DNA from: a virus
Strand: one strand, 5' to 3'
DNA length: 64,000 nt
IMG/VR virus record: IMGVR_UViG_3300045977_000336
Span: 14,419 to 78,418 of that record
Shown: in pieces, positions 38,487-48,867 of the stretch
Numbering within the stretch: the stretch's first letter is position 1
How the letters are laid out: every line of letters begins with the position of its first letter
Position numbers and translations under genes: made by a program
Notes under the pieces: model-generated
Databases searched by the model: none
What the model was told of the DNA's origin: nothing
The model's input: the letters and a program-made list of their open reading frames with translations, nothing else

Positions 38487-39407
38487 ATGCCTAAGATTTG
38501 CTACACCCCTAAACAATTTTCAGAAGGCTCACTGCTCATCATCGCCAAGGCGAATGCGATCATTGCCGAATATGCGCGGCTTGGCTTTGACCTGACATTG
38601 CGGCAACTCTATTACCAGTTTGTGAGCCGCGGGCTGATTCCAAATAAGGACACCGAATACAAGCGACTGGGCAGCATCATCAACGACGCCCGGCTGGCCG
38701 GCCTCATCGACTGGAATGCGATCACGGATAGAACGCGCAATCTCCGCGGACTGAGTCACTGGTCAAACCCTGGCGACATTATCCACAGCGCGGCGAAGTC
38801 GTATCACGTCGATAAATGGGAAGACCAGGAATACCGGGTCGAGGTGTGGATCGAGAAGGACGCCCTGGTCGGCGTGATCGGCGGCGTCTGCCATGAACTG
38901 GACCTGCCGTATTTCAGTTGCCGTGGCTACACCAGCCAGTCTGAAATGTGGGTGGCCGCGCAGCGTCTGCTGGGCTACATCCGCAAAGGCCAGACACCTT
39001 TGATTCTACATCTGGGCGATCACGATCCGAGCGGGAAAGACATGACGCGCGACATCACCGATCGACTCGTGCTGTTCACCGAGAGCGAATTCGATCTGAA
39101 ACGGCTGGCGCTGAATATGGATCAGGTCGAGACATACAGCCCTCCGCCGAATCCCGCGAAGATTACCGACTCACGTGCCACGGCCTACATCCTGCAATAC
39201 GGCAACGAGTCCTGGGAACTGGATGCCCTGGAGCCGACGGTGATCGCTGACCTCATCCGAAACGCGGTGGACGATGTGCGCGATCAAGAGAAATGGGATA
39301 AGGCCGTCGAGCGTGAGAACCGCGGGATCGCGCTGCTGGAACGTGCCTCGAGCGATTGGAGCACGGTCGAGCAACAGCTGACCAGGCGGATGAAAGCGGA
39401 GGAATAA
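38487..39407 (+). CDS. Topoisomerase VI-A/Spo11-like protein (winged helix + toprim)
   Basis: LTLRQLYYQ (catalytic Tyr motif), WIEKDAL, RGY and GDHDPSG (DxD). Confidence 0.75.
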   Translation: MPKICYTPKQFSEGSLLIIAKANAIIAEYARLGFDLTLRQLYYQFVSRGLIPNKDTEYKRLGSIINDARLAGLIDWNAITDRTRNLRGLSHWSNPGDIIHSAAKSYHVDKWEDQEYRVEVWIEKDALVGVIGGVCHELDLPYFSCRGYTSQSEMWVAAQRLLGYIRKGQTPLILHLGDHDPSGKDMTRDITDRLVLFTESEFDLKRLALNMDQVETYSPPPNPAKITDSRATAYILQYGNESWELDALEPTVIADLIRNAVDDVRDQEKWDKAVERENRGIALLERASSDWSTVEQQLTRRMKAEE

Positions 39408-39409
39408 GG

Positions 39410-39631
39410 ATGGCGGCAGCGATATTGCCCAGGCCCGGCGCGCCGACCGGGCCGTGCAAACAAGACTGCAATCACAAAGATTGCGCCGAGACCCGGCACA
39501 TGGCCGCCGAACTCTGCACGCATTGCCACCACCCGATCGGCTTCGGCGTGCGCTTCTATCGCGACGACGATCACCTGGTGCACGCCCTCTGTTTTGAACA
39601 GGCCGTCGAAAGAGAAATGCTACTCGACTGA
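39410..39631 (+). CDS. Small Zn-finger protein
   Basis: C..DCNHKDC, CTHC...HALC. Confidence 0.6.
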   Translation: MAAAILPRPGAPTGPCKQDCNHKDCAETRHMAAELCTHCHHPIGFGVRFYRDDDHLVHALCFEQAVEREMLLD

Positions 39632-39981
39632 GGTGGAGGTGATGAACATGAGCCCCTTACTGGTTATCGTCATTGTGATCATGATCGTCCTGTGGCTATA
39701 CAGCATCGTCGTCGTGGGCAGCCGCAGCGACCGTCACTGACCCTATCATTCCCGCGGTAGGAAGCGGGAATCCAGAAAATCAGGAGTAAATATGCGCATT
39801 AAAAACACTCAACAAACTTTCGCCAGCCAGGTGGCAGGGCGTCGCCGCTGGTGTGACAAGTGCCACCAGATGGTCAGCACGCAGCTCGGCAAATACGTCC
39901 CGCACGGCCGCACCGACGCAGCCACGTTCCAATGCCCGAACAGCGGCCAACCGGTGCCCAGGGCCTCGTAATCGGACCGCT

Positions 39982-40746
39982 ATGACCCTGCAACTCGCTC
40001 CTACTCTGAAACGCGCCCTACGCGACAACAAGAACTCCAGGTTGCACATCCTGTTGGTTCTCCTGTCGCAGGCCTGCGGACCCGTTCCGATCGCGACGCC
40101 CGCCAGCGAAATCGCGCACGAACTGAACCTCAATCGCGACACCGTGAACGACGCGCTGAGCGCGATGGAACGCGACGGCTACGTCAGCAAGGTGACCTTG
40201 GGATGGATTGCTTCCACCAAGGCCCGCCAGCTACCGCTGTCCACTCTCTTTTTGGAATCCGGCATGGAGGCCCTCCAGTCAGGTCTGTTGCCGGATCCGG
40301 GAGGGGATTGTTTCGCAGCGCCGGGGCGGAAAATTTCCGCCTCCTCTGTTGTTGTTGTTGATCAAATAGATCCCAATCAGCTAGCTGATCAACAACAACA
40401 AACAACACACGCCGCCGAGGCGGAAAAATCCCGTAGCGCCGATCGGGAAGGGGTGCGCGCGGCTCTGAAAGCGGTCGGCATCAAGCCCGGCCGGCATCAT
40501 CGCGAACTGATCGCCGACCCGTGGGTCACGGTGGAGCGCGTTCGCCACTGGCAGATCGAAACGCAACGCATGATCGCAGAAGATGCCGCCGAATTGACCA
40601 ATTGCCCTGGATACATCATTCGCCGCCTGATCGAGCATGAAGAGCCACCGGTGCTGAACCGTCCCATTCGTGATAGCCATGTCGCCGCGAGCCATTCTGT
40701 CGCGGAGGAGTGGGCCCGAGTCTTAGCGCAACGCAAACGATCGTGA
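39982..40746 (+). CDS. Putative replication initiator (N-terminal wHTH)
   Basis: ASEIAHELNLNRDTVNDALSAMERDGYV; internal repeat-rich linker; C-terminal PGYIIRRL. Confidence 0.6.
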   Translation: MTLQLAPTLKRALRDNKNSRLHILLVLLSQACGPVPIATPASEIAHELNLNRDTVNDALSAMERDGYVSKVTLGWIASTKARQLPLSTLFLESGMEALQSGLLPDPGGDCFAAPGRKISASSVVVVDQIDPNQLADQQQQTTHAAEAEKSRSADREGVRAALKAVGIKPGRHHRELIADPWVTVERVRHWQIETQRMIAEDAAELTNCPGYIIRRLIEHEEPPVLNRPIRDSHVAASHSVAEEWARVLAQRKRS

Positions 40747-40747
40747 C

Positions 40748-40763
40748 CGTTTCCGCGGAAACA
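40748..40763. promoter_or_regulatory. parS-like palindrome directly upstream of parB
   Basis: CGTTTCCGCGGAAACA, 20 nt before the ATG. Confidence 0.7.
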
Positions 40764-40783
40764 CTCATCTGATAAGGAGTCCC

Positions 40784-42658
40784 ATGACCGAGCAAATCAT
40801 CGACATTGCCGTCACCCAAATTAAGCCCAACCCGCATCAGCCGCGCCAGGAATTTGACCCCGGTAAGTTGCAGGAACTGGCCGACTCGATCAAAGAGCAC
40901 GGCATTCAGCAGCCCTTGATCGTCGAGCCCAGCGCCAACGGCGGCACCCATATCCTCACGGCCGGCGAGCGCCGCTGGCGAGCGGCCCAACTCGCTGGCC
41001 TGACCCACGTCCCCTGCATCGTGCGCGCCGTTGCCGACGATCGCCAGCGGCTGGAATTAGCCCTGATCGAAAACGTCCAGCGCGAAGATCTGTCGGCCGC
41101 CGAAGAAGCCCGCGCCTACCAACAGCTGCACGCCGAATTCGGCCTGACCGATGAACAGATCGGGCAGCGCGTGGGCAAAGCCCGCAGCACCATCGCCAAC
41201 CTGCGCCGCCTGGCCGAACTCCCCGCCGACGTCCTCAACCTCATCGGCGAAGGCCGCGGCCAGTTAAAGATCCGCGACGCGCGCCAACTCATTGCCGTGT
41301 CGCGCCTGGTCAAGCCCGACGCCCTGACCAGGACCGCCGCCGCGATCGCCAAACTCGATCCCGACGAGCGCCGCGACATCGATCAACATCTCGCCAGCCT
41401 CATCGAAAAATCCGCGCAGCTCATGGTGGCGTCCTGGGACCGCGCCTGGCCCAAGACCCCCATCCCTCTCCCTTTGGGAGACCATGGCACCGAGCGCAGC
41501 GAGCGTGGTGGTAAGGATGAGGGAGATGGCGGGGTGAGGTCCATCCCCGCTTGCACCGGCTGCGAATCCTACCTGGTGCTGCACGGCCGCTGGAACGGCA
41601 CGACCGAATACTGCCTCAACCCCCAGTGCTACGCCGCCAAAGACAAACTATTTTCCGCGCACGAACTCAAACGCGTCAGCGACAAGACCGGCATTCCCAG
41701 CGCCGCCGACGGCGACGCGCAGCGTGCCGCGCCGCTGACCCTGAACCACAGCGTCATCGACAAAGTGCGGCGCTGGATTGCCGCCGCCGAAGCCGGACAC
41801 CCGCCCGAGCACTTGCGCCTGACGCTCAACGGCAACCCCCAGCGCGCGGATGGTCACTACCATCGCTCCATCACAGAATCCGCGCGCGTCTTCCTGGCCA
41901 GTGTCGATCCGGACGCGCTGAAAGATAAGCCCACCCCCTCAACCAGCAGCCGGGCCGCATCGGCGAGCACATCCGCGAGACCGGCGCCGAAGGAAACGCC
42001 GGAAGCCAAAGCCGCTCGCTTGAAGGCCGAAGAAGAAACCCGTCGACAGCTCGAAGCCGAGGCGCAAAAAGAACGGCTCGCCCGCCGCAAAGTCCAGGGC
42101 CAGGCGCGCAAAGCGCATGCCGACAGCACCTGGCTGTTGACTGCTGCCGCTCACTTCGTCGCCACCAAACTGCCCTTGAGCGGTCTGTATCTGGACGTGC
42201 TCGCCGCCTTCCTCTTCGAGGAGATCAGTTACTTAAACACCGAGACGGCCAGCGAACGCCTCGACGCCATCGACAAGGCCATGAAGTCGGCCAAAGGCCA
42301 GGCTCGTGAAGGCCTGCTGCGCGAGCAGATCACCTGGTTCTTGATCGACAGCGGCAGCCCGCGCGAAGAGGACTGGCCCGCCGTGAAGAAACACGTCACG
42401 GAACTGCTGACCGGCGCCGGTAAAGGCCGCGGCTTTGGCCTGAAACTCCCAAAAGACCTCGCCGCGCCGCCCATCTATCACACCGCCGCCAACTGCTGGA
42501 CCTGTGGCGCCTTCGCGCCCGAAGAAACCATCACCGCCGACGACCTGAGCGACGGCTGGACCATCCAGCGCGCAAGCCAGCAGCCGTCCGACGTTCGCTG
42601 CCCCGCCTGCAGCAAGAAGGCCAAGCCGCCCGCCGCCAAGGCCAAAGCGAAGAAGTAA
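40784..42658 (+). CDS. parB: ParB/Spo0J-family CTPase with a long Zn-binding C-terminal extension
   Basis: PNPHQPR, LADSIKEHGIQQP, AGERRWRA, ENVQREDL and HTH GKARSTIANL. Confidence 0.92.
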   Translation: MTEQIIDIAVTQIKPNPHQPRQEFDPGKLQELADSIKEHGIQQPLIVEPSANGGTHILTAGERRWRAAQLAGLTHVPCIVRAVADDRQRLELALIENVQREDLSAAEEARAYQQLHAEFGLTDEQIGQRVGKARSTIANLRRLAELPADVLNLIGEGRGQLKIRDARQLIAVSRLVKPDALTRTAAAIAKLDPDERRDIDQHLASLIEKSAQLMVASWDRAWPKTPIPLPLGDHGTERSERGGKDEGDGGVRSIPACTGCESYLVLHGRWNGTTEYCLNPQCYAAKDKLFSAHELKRVSDKTGIPSAADGDAQRAAPLTLNHSVIDKVRRWIAAAEAGHPPEHLRLTLNGNPQRADGHYHRSITESARVFLASVDPDALKDKPTPSTSSRAASASTSARPAPKETPEAKAARLKAEEETRRQLEAEAQKERLARRKVQGQARKAHADSTWLLTAAAHFVATKLPLSGLYLDVLAAFLFEEISYLNTETASERLDAIDKAMKSAKGQAREGLLREQITWFLIDSGSPREEDWPAVKKHVTELLTGAGKGRGFGLKLPKDLAAPPIYHTAANCWTCGAFAPEETITADDLSDGWTIQRASQQPSDVRCPACSKKAKPPAAKAKAKK

Positions 42659-42719
42659 CAACGCCCCTCTCCTCCCGTGTCCGCGGAGCGGCGGGAGGAG
42701 AGGGGTAGGGGGTGAGGTG

Positions 42720-42759
42720 TGTTCCCGCGGCACCGTGTCCGAGTGTTTCCACGGAAACA
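42720..42759. promoter_or_regulatory. parS-like pair downstream of parB
   Basis: TGTTCCCGCGGCACCG (42720) and TGTTTCCACGGAAACA (42744). Confidence 0.7.
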
Positions 42760-42806
42760 CTCGGCAGCGCGCCAGGCGCAACACCCGCTTGATAAAGGAT
42801 CAGCCC

Positions 42807-45800
42807 ATGGACTATCAAACCTACATCGAAAGCAAAATCGAACTGGCCCAGCCGATCGGCCTGGCCGACCCGTCCGGCCTCACGCTGCACCCCAGCACCT
42901 ACCCGCACCAGCGCGACGCCATCCACTGGGCGCTGCGCAATGGCCGCGGCCTGATTGCCATGAGCTTTGGATTGGGCAAGTGTCATGGGGCTGGTACGCA
43001 GCTCCTCATGGCAGACGGCACACTCAAAAACGTTGAAGATATTCGTGTAGGCGATTGCCTCATGGGGGATGACAGCCTGCCGCGCCGTGTCTTGTCATTG
43101 GCCCGTGGCCGCGAAGCACTGTATCGGATCACGCTTAAGAATGGCGATACCTACACCTGCAACGAATCACACATGCTGAGTTTGCGCGTATCGAACAAGT
43201 ACCACCAACACCGCTATGGCGATGTTGTGAACATGTCGGTTCGCGAATACCTGACGTTGCCGGACTACGTTAAGCACAACTGCCTCAAGCACTATAAGGT
43301 TCCAGTTGATTTTGCCGCACGGCCTGTTCCGTTTGATCCCTACCTTTATGGCGCCTGGCTGGGAGACGGAACGGCTAACATGTTAGCCTGGACCATCAAC
43401 GACCGCGACCAGGCTATTGTCGAGCGCATTCAGCAGTTTGCCGACGCACTCGACCTTGACGTGCAAGAGCGACCCGCGCGAGGTTGCACCACGTATGCGC
43501 TCACCCGCCGCGTCCGCGGCCGTGCCTTGCACTGTGATGAATTCTACTTCGTCCAGAGTAGTTCGGACGAGCAGGGGAAACACATCGATCGCCGTTACCT
43601 TCAAAACAGCCGCGAATTTCGCCTGGAACTTCTAGCCGGGTTACTGGACACGGACGGATATTTAATCGACAACTGCTACGAGATCGCGACCAAATGGGCA
43701 GGACTCCGTGACGATATTCTGTTTCTGTGCCGCTCGCTTGGCCTGTCGGTCTCTCACGGGATCAAAGTGGTGGATGACGTTATTTATTACCGCATTTATA
43801 TTAGCGGAAATGTAGAAGCGATACCCTGTGTAACTCGCAAAAAAGCCACCGCTCGCCGACAAATCAAAAACCCATTGGTTTACGGCTTCTGCGTAGAGCC
43901 ACTCGGAGTGGGTGACTATTACGGATTCGAGATCGACGGTAATCATCTCTATTTACTAGGCGACTTTACGGTTGCGCACAACTCTCACATCCAGATCGAG
44001 ATCGCCCGTTCACTCCACGAAATGACGGACCAGTCGTTCTTGCTGGTGTGCCCGCTCGGCGTCAAGCACCAGTTCGAGCACGAAGACGGCCCGCGCCTGG
44101 GCGTGCCCTGGCAGTACGTGCGCACCGACGACGAGCTGCGCGCCGCCGAGACGCCCTACCTCATCACCAACTATGAGCGCGTGCGCGATGGCGATATAGA
44201 CCCGCGCCAACACACGCTCTGCGGCGTCAGTCTCGACGAGGGCAGCGTCCTGAGAAATTTGGGCAGCAAAACCTATCAAACCTTTCAGGACGTCTTCGCC
44301 CACGTGCCGCACCGCTTCGTCAACACCGCCACGCCCTCGCCCAATCGCTTTCGCGAACTCATCTACTACGCCCAGTTCCTGGGCGTGATGGATGCCGGGC
44401 AGGCCTTGACCCGCTTCTTCAAACGCAATCCCGAGAAGGCCGGCGACCTGACCCTGCACCCGCATCACGAAAAAGAATTCTGGTTGTGGGTGGCGTCCTG
44501 GGCCTTGTTCATCTATCGGCCCAGCGACCTGGGCTATAGCGACGACGGCTACGACGTCCCGGAGCTGCGCGTCCACTACCACCGCCTGAATGCCGATCAC
44601 ACCCGCGCCTGGGAACAGCAGGACGGCCGCGGCCAGCGCCGCTTATTGCTCGATGCCTCGTCGAGTGCCACGGCGGCCGTAAAGGAAAAGCGCGCCACCT
44701 TGAGCGCGCGTGTGGAAGAAGCCCGTTCGATCATTGCCGCCAATTCCGATCGCCACTGGCTGATCTGGCATCACCTCGAAGACGAGCGCCGTGCGGTTGA
44801 AAAATCGATCCCCGGCACCGTGGCCGTCTACGGCTCACAGGACCTGGAACTGCGCGAACAGCGCATCCTCGACTTCACACACGGCCAGATCCCGATTCTG
44901 GCGACCAAGCCCGAGATCGCTGGCAGCGGCTGCAACTTCCAGCGGCACTGTTACAGCAACATCTTCCTCGGCATCGACTACAAGTTCGAGGACTTCATTC
45001 AGGCCATCCACCGCACCCAGCGCTTCCAGCAGACGCAGCCGGTGGACGTCCATATCATCTACTCCGAGAGCGAAGACCACGTGGTCGAAGTGCTAAAGCG
45101 CAAGTGGGCCGCCCACGACGAACTGACGCAGCGCATGCAGGGCATCGTCAAACACTACGGCCTCAGCCATCGCGCGCTGGAAACCGATCTAAAGCGCACC
45201 CTGGGCGTAGAGCGGCAGGCAGTCACAGGCCAGCGCTTTACGGCCATCCACAACGACAGCGTGTTGGAACTGGCCGACATGCCCGCTAACAGCGTCGGCC
45301 TGGTTCATACCTCGATCCCCTTCGGCAATCACTACGAGTACACCACCCAGCTGGAGGACTTCGGCCACAATGAAAGCGACGCCGACTTCTGGCAGCAGAT
45401 GGACTACCTGATCCCGCATTTATTTCGTGTGCTCAAGCCCGGGCGGCTGGCTGCCATTCACGTCAAAGATCGCATTCTTTATAGTTATCAAACCGCCAGC
45501 GGCTTCATGGAAGTCGAAGAGTTCAGCGACGACACGGTCAAAGCCTTCAAGCGGCACGGCTTCCTCTATGAAGGCCGCCGCACCATCGTGACCGACGTCG
45601 TCCGCGAAAACGCCGGCACCTACCGCCTGGGTTGGACCGAGATGGTGAAAGACGCCAGCAAAATGGGCAGCGGACTGCCCGAATACCTGCTGCTGTTCCG
45701 CAAGCCGCCTACCGAATCGACTGACCAGTATGCCGACGATTACATCGTCAAGCGCAAAGACGAATACTCGTTGGGCCGCTGGCAAATCGATGCCCACTCC

Positions 45801-46331
45801 CTCTGGCGCTCGAACGGCAACCGGCCGTTGACGCCGGAAGAGATCGCGCTGCTCGAATATCCCGGCGATGTCTTCACCGCCGAGCAGATGTCGACGCCCT
45901 ACGATTACGAACGCCACGTCGCCATCAACGACGCCCTCGAGGCGCGCACGCGGCTGCCCAAATCGTTCATGCTCATCCCGCCGAAAGTCACCCGTGGCGA
46001 AGACGACCCAGTCTGGGACGACGTCGTCGCCATGCGCACACTCAACAGCAACCAGGCCCTGACCCGCGAGCGCAATCACATCTGCCCATTGCCCTTCGAT
46101 ATCGTCGAGCGCGTCATCCGCCTCTACAGCAACCCCGACGACGTCGTGCTCGACTGCTTCGCCGGCCTGTTCACCGTGCCCTACACAGCCATCAAAATGA
46201 ACCGCCACGGCTACGGCATCGAACTAAGCGGCGAATACTACACCTGCGGCGTCCGCTACTGCCAGCAAATTGAGCAGCAGGTCCTGACGCCGACCCTGTT
46301 CGACCTGCTAGCGCTTGAGCAGGGAAAGTAG
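42807..46331 (+). CDS. SNF2-like helicase fused to an N4/N6 DNA methyltransferase; contains an intein
   Basis: FGLGK/S Walker A, LDEGS, TATPSPN, QAIHRTQRF; MTase TSIPF, HICP and VLDCFAG. Confidence 0.9.
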   Translation: MDYQTYIESKIELAQPIGLADPSGLTLHPSTYPHQRDAIHWALRNGRGLIAMSFGLGKCHGAGTQLLMADGTLKNVEDIRVGDCLMGDDSLPRRVLSLARGREALYRITLKNGDTYTCNESHMLSLRVSNKYHQHRYGDVVNMSVREYLTLPDYVKHNCLKHYKVPVDFAARPVPFDPYLYGAWLGDGTANMLAWTINDRDQAIVERIQQFADALDLDVQERPARGCTTYALTRRVRGRALHCDEFYFVQSSSDEQGKHIDRRYLQNSREFRLELLAGLLDTDGYLIDNCYEIATKWAGLRDDILFLCRSLGLSVSHGIKVVDDVIYYRIYISGNVEAIPCVTRKKATARRQIKNPLVYGFCVEPLGVGDYYGFEIDGNHLYLLGDFTVAHNSHIQIEIARSLHEMTDQSFLLVCPLGVKHQFEHEDGPRLGVPWQYVRTDDELRAAETPYLITNYERVRDGDIDPRQHTLCGVSLDEGSVLRNLGSKTYQTFQDVFAHVPHRFVNTATPSPNRFRELIYYAQFLGVMDAGQALTRFFKRNPEKAGDLTLHPHHEKEFWLWVASWALFIYRPSDLGYSDDGYDVPELRVHYHRLNADHTRAWEQQDGRGQRRLLLDASSSATAAVKEKRATLSARVEEARSIIAANSDRHWLIWHHLEDERRAVEKSIPGTVAVYGSQDLELREQRILDFTHGQIPILATKPEIAGSGCNFQRHCYSNIFLGIDYKFEDFIQAIHRTQRFQQTQPVDVHIIYSESEDHVVEVLKRKWAAHDELTQRMQGIVKHYGLSHRALETDLKRTLGVERQAVTGQRFTAIHNDSVLELADMPANSVGLVHTSIPFGNHYEYTTQLEDFGHNESDADFWQQMDYLIPHLFRVLKPGRLAAIHVKDRILYSYQTASGFMEVEEFSDDTVKAFKRHGFLYEGRRTIVTDVVRENAGTYRLGWTEMVKDASKMGSGLPEYLLLFRKPPTESTDQYADDYIVKRKDEYSLGRWQIDAHSLWRSNGNRPLTPEEIALLEYPGDVFTAEQMSTPYDYERHVAINDALEARTRLPKSFMLIPPKVTRGEDDPVWDDVVAMRTLNSNQALTRERNHICPLPFDIVERVIRLYSNPDDVVLDCFAGLFTVPYTAIKMNRHGYGIELSGEYYTCGVRYCQQIEQQVLTPTLFDLLALEQGK
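42981..43982 (+). mobile_element. Intein with a LAGLIDADG homing endonuclease (334 aa)
   Basis: Begins CHGAGTQLLMADG, has TCNESHML block B, GAWLGDG and LAGLLDTDG, ends TVAHN followed by Ser; sits in Walker A. Confidence 0.95.
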
Positions 46332-46343
46332 ATAGGAACCGTC

Positions 46344-48599
46344 ATGAAAAAACGCTCGAAAGTCATTGAACCTGAATTCAGCCCCGTCGAGCTCGGCCAC
46401 ATCCCCGGATGGTGGAAAGTCTTCGAGAAAAAGCCCGGCCAGCGCGGCTATGCCTGCGCCGATGGCTGGTGCGGCTGCGGCGGAGGAACGGCGTCGATCA
46501 TCGAGTCGGTCCTGTCTGCTGGCGGTTACATTGAATATATGGCCGCGGTGAATCACTGGACGCCCGCCATTCTCGTGCACACCAAAAACTATCCGGGCGT
46601 CGCGCACTTTTGCGACAAGATGGAGAACCTCGATCCCAAGGTGGCTGTGCCGGGCGGCCATCTCGACATCTTCACCGCCGGCATAAAGTGCCAACCCTTT
46701 ACCCGCGCAGCCGGCGGCAAGGAGCGCAACGAACAAGAGCGCATGGACGCCTTCCAGGTGCTGCGCTGGCTCAACGACCTGGACGTCTCGCGCCTGGTGG
46801 TCGAAAACGTCCAGGAGTTTCTGGATTGGGGGCCTCTCAATAAATCCGGGCATCCGATCAAGAGCCGCAAAGGCGAGATGTTCAATGCGTGGATCGCGCA
46901 GCTGCGGGCCATGAATTACACCGTCAAGTGGCGGGTGTTGACCGCCTGCTGGTACGGCGATCCGACCAGCCGCGAGCGTCTCTGGATCATAGCCAAGAAA
47001 GGCAATCGAAAAATATTTTTCCCAGAGCCCACACACCGCGATCCCAATAAGCCCGCCGACATGTTTAACGCGAGCCTGCCCGTCTGGCCCGTCGCCCGCG
47101 ACATTATTGACTTCAACCTGCCCACCAAGCCGGTCTTTGGCAGCGCCCTCGTGCCTAACACCCTGGCGCGCATCCTGGCCGGATCAGATAAGTTCGTCGG
47201 TAAACGGCTGGAGTTTCCCGTGTTGCCGGGCCTCCCGAAATTCACGCCCAGGAAAGCCAAAAAGGGCGGTCGCCTGAGTCCCTACGCCGAACAGGCTCAC
47301 CGCTTCCACTATCTCAACCTGGCCATTCGCGCCGCGCAGGGTCTGCCGCTCGGCAAGTTGAACAAAAAATACGTCGCCCGTGTTTCACCCGAGGCTGTGG
47401 AGTTGATCCTGAAGTCTGTCCGTTTCAATCCCTCAGCAGTTGAGGAGTCCAGAGAATTCGCTATCAAATTGTACGGCACCTCGACCACGAAATCCATTGA
47501 CCACGCGCTGCCCTCCATCACGGCGCAGGGCGGGCACATTGGGTTTGTCGTCGTGAACAATGGCGGCATTGATGGCTACGAGCGCAATCACGGGCTGCAT
47601 GAATCAGTCCCCGCCATAACGACCCAGCCGTCCATCGGCATGGTCGACTTCGTTATCTCGCAGCAGTCGGAAGGTGCGCCCCGCAGCATCGACCGTGAAC
47701 TTCCGGCCGTCACCCAGGACGGCGCCATCAACAAGATCAGCGTCATCGCGCGTCAAGAGGAATCTTTCCTGATCGCGCATTTCGGCGAGCATGAAAATAA
47801 ATCCCCGCGCACTCATTCGATCGATCAATCCTTTCCCACAGTAACCCAACGCGGTGCCGGCGATCTGGTCGCGCAGGTCAGTTACCTGGTATCCGGTGAG
47901 CACTATAACGGCGACGATCGGGTTGCACCGGGCGAGAAAGAAATGCCGACCCTCACCACCAACCCGGACTGGGGCGTCGTCGAAACGCGGGAATTCATGC
48001 TGGGGTTCGGCGGGCGCTCGCTCGACCCGAGTTCATCGCGTGAGCCGACGAAAACCCAGACCGCCAACGATCGGCCCGGCCTCGTCGAGAGTCATTTCAT
48101 TTTCCCTTCCGACCATCGCGGCGAACCGGAAACGGGCCGGCATACGCAGCCTATCACGATCCCGATCCGGTCCATCACAACCCGGGAGCACTGGACGGTC
48201 GTCGGAACGTATTTGACCGAGTACCACAATCACGACGACCGCGATCGGACATCATCGGTGGATGAAGAACTGCCCACCCTCGACACCAGCAACCGCTACA
48301 CGATCGCTTTCCTGGCCGCCTATTACGGCACCGCGGCAGACGGCCAGCGTCTGGATCAATCCATACGGGCCCTGACCACCAAAGACCGCTTCATGTTGGT
48401 GATCCCCGGCATCGGCTACATGGACTGGCGTTACCGCATGCTCGTCTTAAAGGAACTGAAGAAGGCCCATTCGTTTCCCGACGATTTCGATTTCGCGGAC
48501 GTGAGTTATGAAGAGGGCAAGAAGATGGTCGGCAACTCATGGCCCATCGGCATGGGAACCGCCGTCGTCAGCGCAGCATTGCTCGAGAGGAAATCATGA
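46344..48599 (+). CDS. C5 cytosine DNA methyltransferase with an expanded repetitive variable region
   Basis: DGWCGCGG motif I, IKCQPF motif IV, VENVQEF, TSRERL, RML..ELKKAHSFP and VGNSWP. Confidence 0.88.
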   Translation: MKKRSKVIEPEFSPVELGHIPGWWKVFEKKPGQRGYACADGWCGCGGGTASIIESVLSAGGYIEYMAAVNHWTPAILVHTKNYPGVAHFCDKMENLDPKVAVPGGHLDIFTAGIKCQPFTRAAGGKERNEQERMDAFQVLRWLNDLDVSRLVVENVQEFLDWGPLNKSGHPIKSRKGEMFNAWIAQLRAMNYTVKWRVLTACWYGDPTSRERLWIIAKKGNRKIFFPEPTHRDPNKPADMFNASLPVWPVARDIIDFNLPTKPVFGSALVPNTLARILAGSDKFVGKRLEFPVLPGLPKFTPRKAKKGGRLSPYAEQAHRFHYLNLAIRAAQGLPLGKLNKKYVARVSPEAVELILKSVRFNPSAVEESREFAIKLYGTSTTKSIDHALPSITAQGGHIGFVVVNNGGIDGYERNHGLHESVPAITTQPSIGMVDFVISQQSEGAPRSIDRELPAVTQDGAINKISVIARQEESFLIAHFGEHENKSPRTHSIDQSFPTVTQRGAGDLVAQVSYLVSGEHYNGDDRVAPGEKEMPTLTTNPDWGVVETREFMLGFGGRSLDPSSSREPTKTQTANDRPGLVESHFIFPSDHRGEPETGRHTQPITIPIRSITTREHWTVVGTYLTEYHNHDDRDRTSSVDEELPTLDTSNRYTIAFLAAYYGTAADGQRLDQSIRALTTKDRFMLVIPGIGYMDWRYRMLVLKELKKAHSFPDDFDFADVSYEEGKKMVGNSWPIGMGTAVVSAALLERKS

Positions 48600-48865
48600 C
48601 CCCCACATCCCGCAAACCACCCGTCGAACCGATCGCCATGCGCGCCCGGCGCTTCGGCTACTTCCCCAAGACCTTCGTCTGGCGCGGAAAAACCTACAAC
48701 GTCGAAGCCGTGGAGCGCTGTCACACCACCGCCCAATCCCGCCGGGGCCGTCCCCGTTTATCCCGTCACAACTTCCGCGTGCGCTGCGCCGAAGGCACCT
48801 TCGACATCTTCCAGGACCTGCAACACAACACCTGGCACATTCAAGTCCCGAACCAAGGATCTTAG
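48596..48865 (+). CDS. DUF6504-like small beta protein
   Basis: FVWRGKTYNV..FRVRC..FDIFQD..WH. Confidence 0.6.
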   Translation: MTPTSRKPPVEPIAMRARRFGYFPKTFVWRGKTYNVEAVERCHTTAQSRRGRPRLSRHNFRVRCAEGTFDIFQDLQHNTWHIQVPNQGS

Positions 48866-48867
48866 TC

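Noticed and set aside
38487-39407. Wadjet (JetD) system
   Set aside because: No jetABC or SMC genes are present in the window
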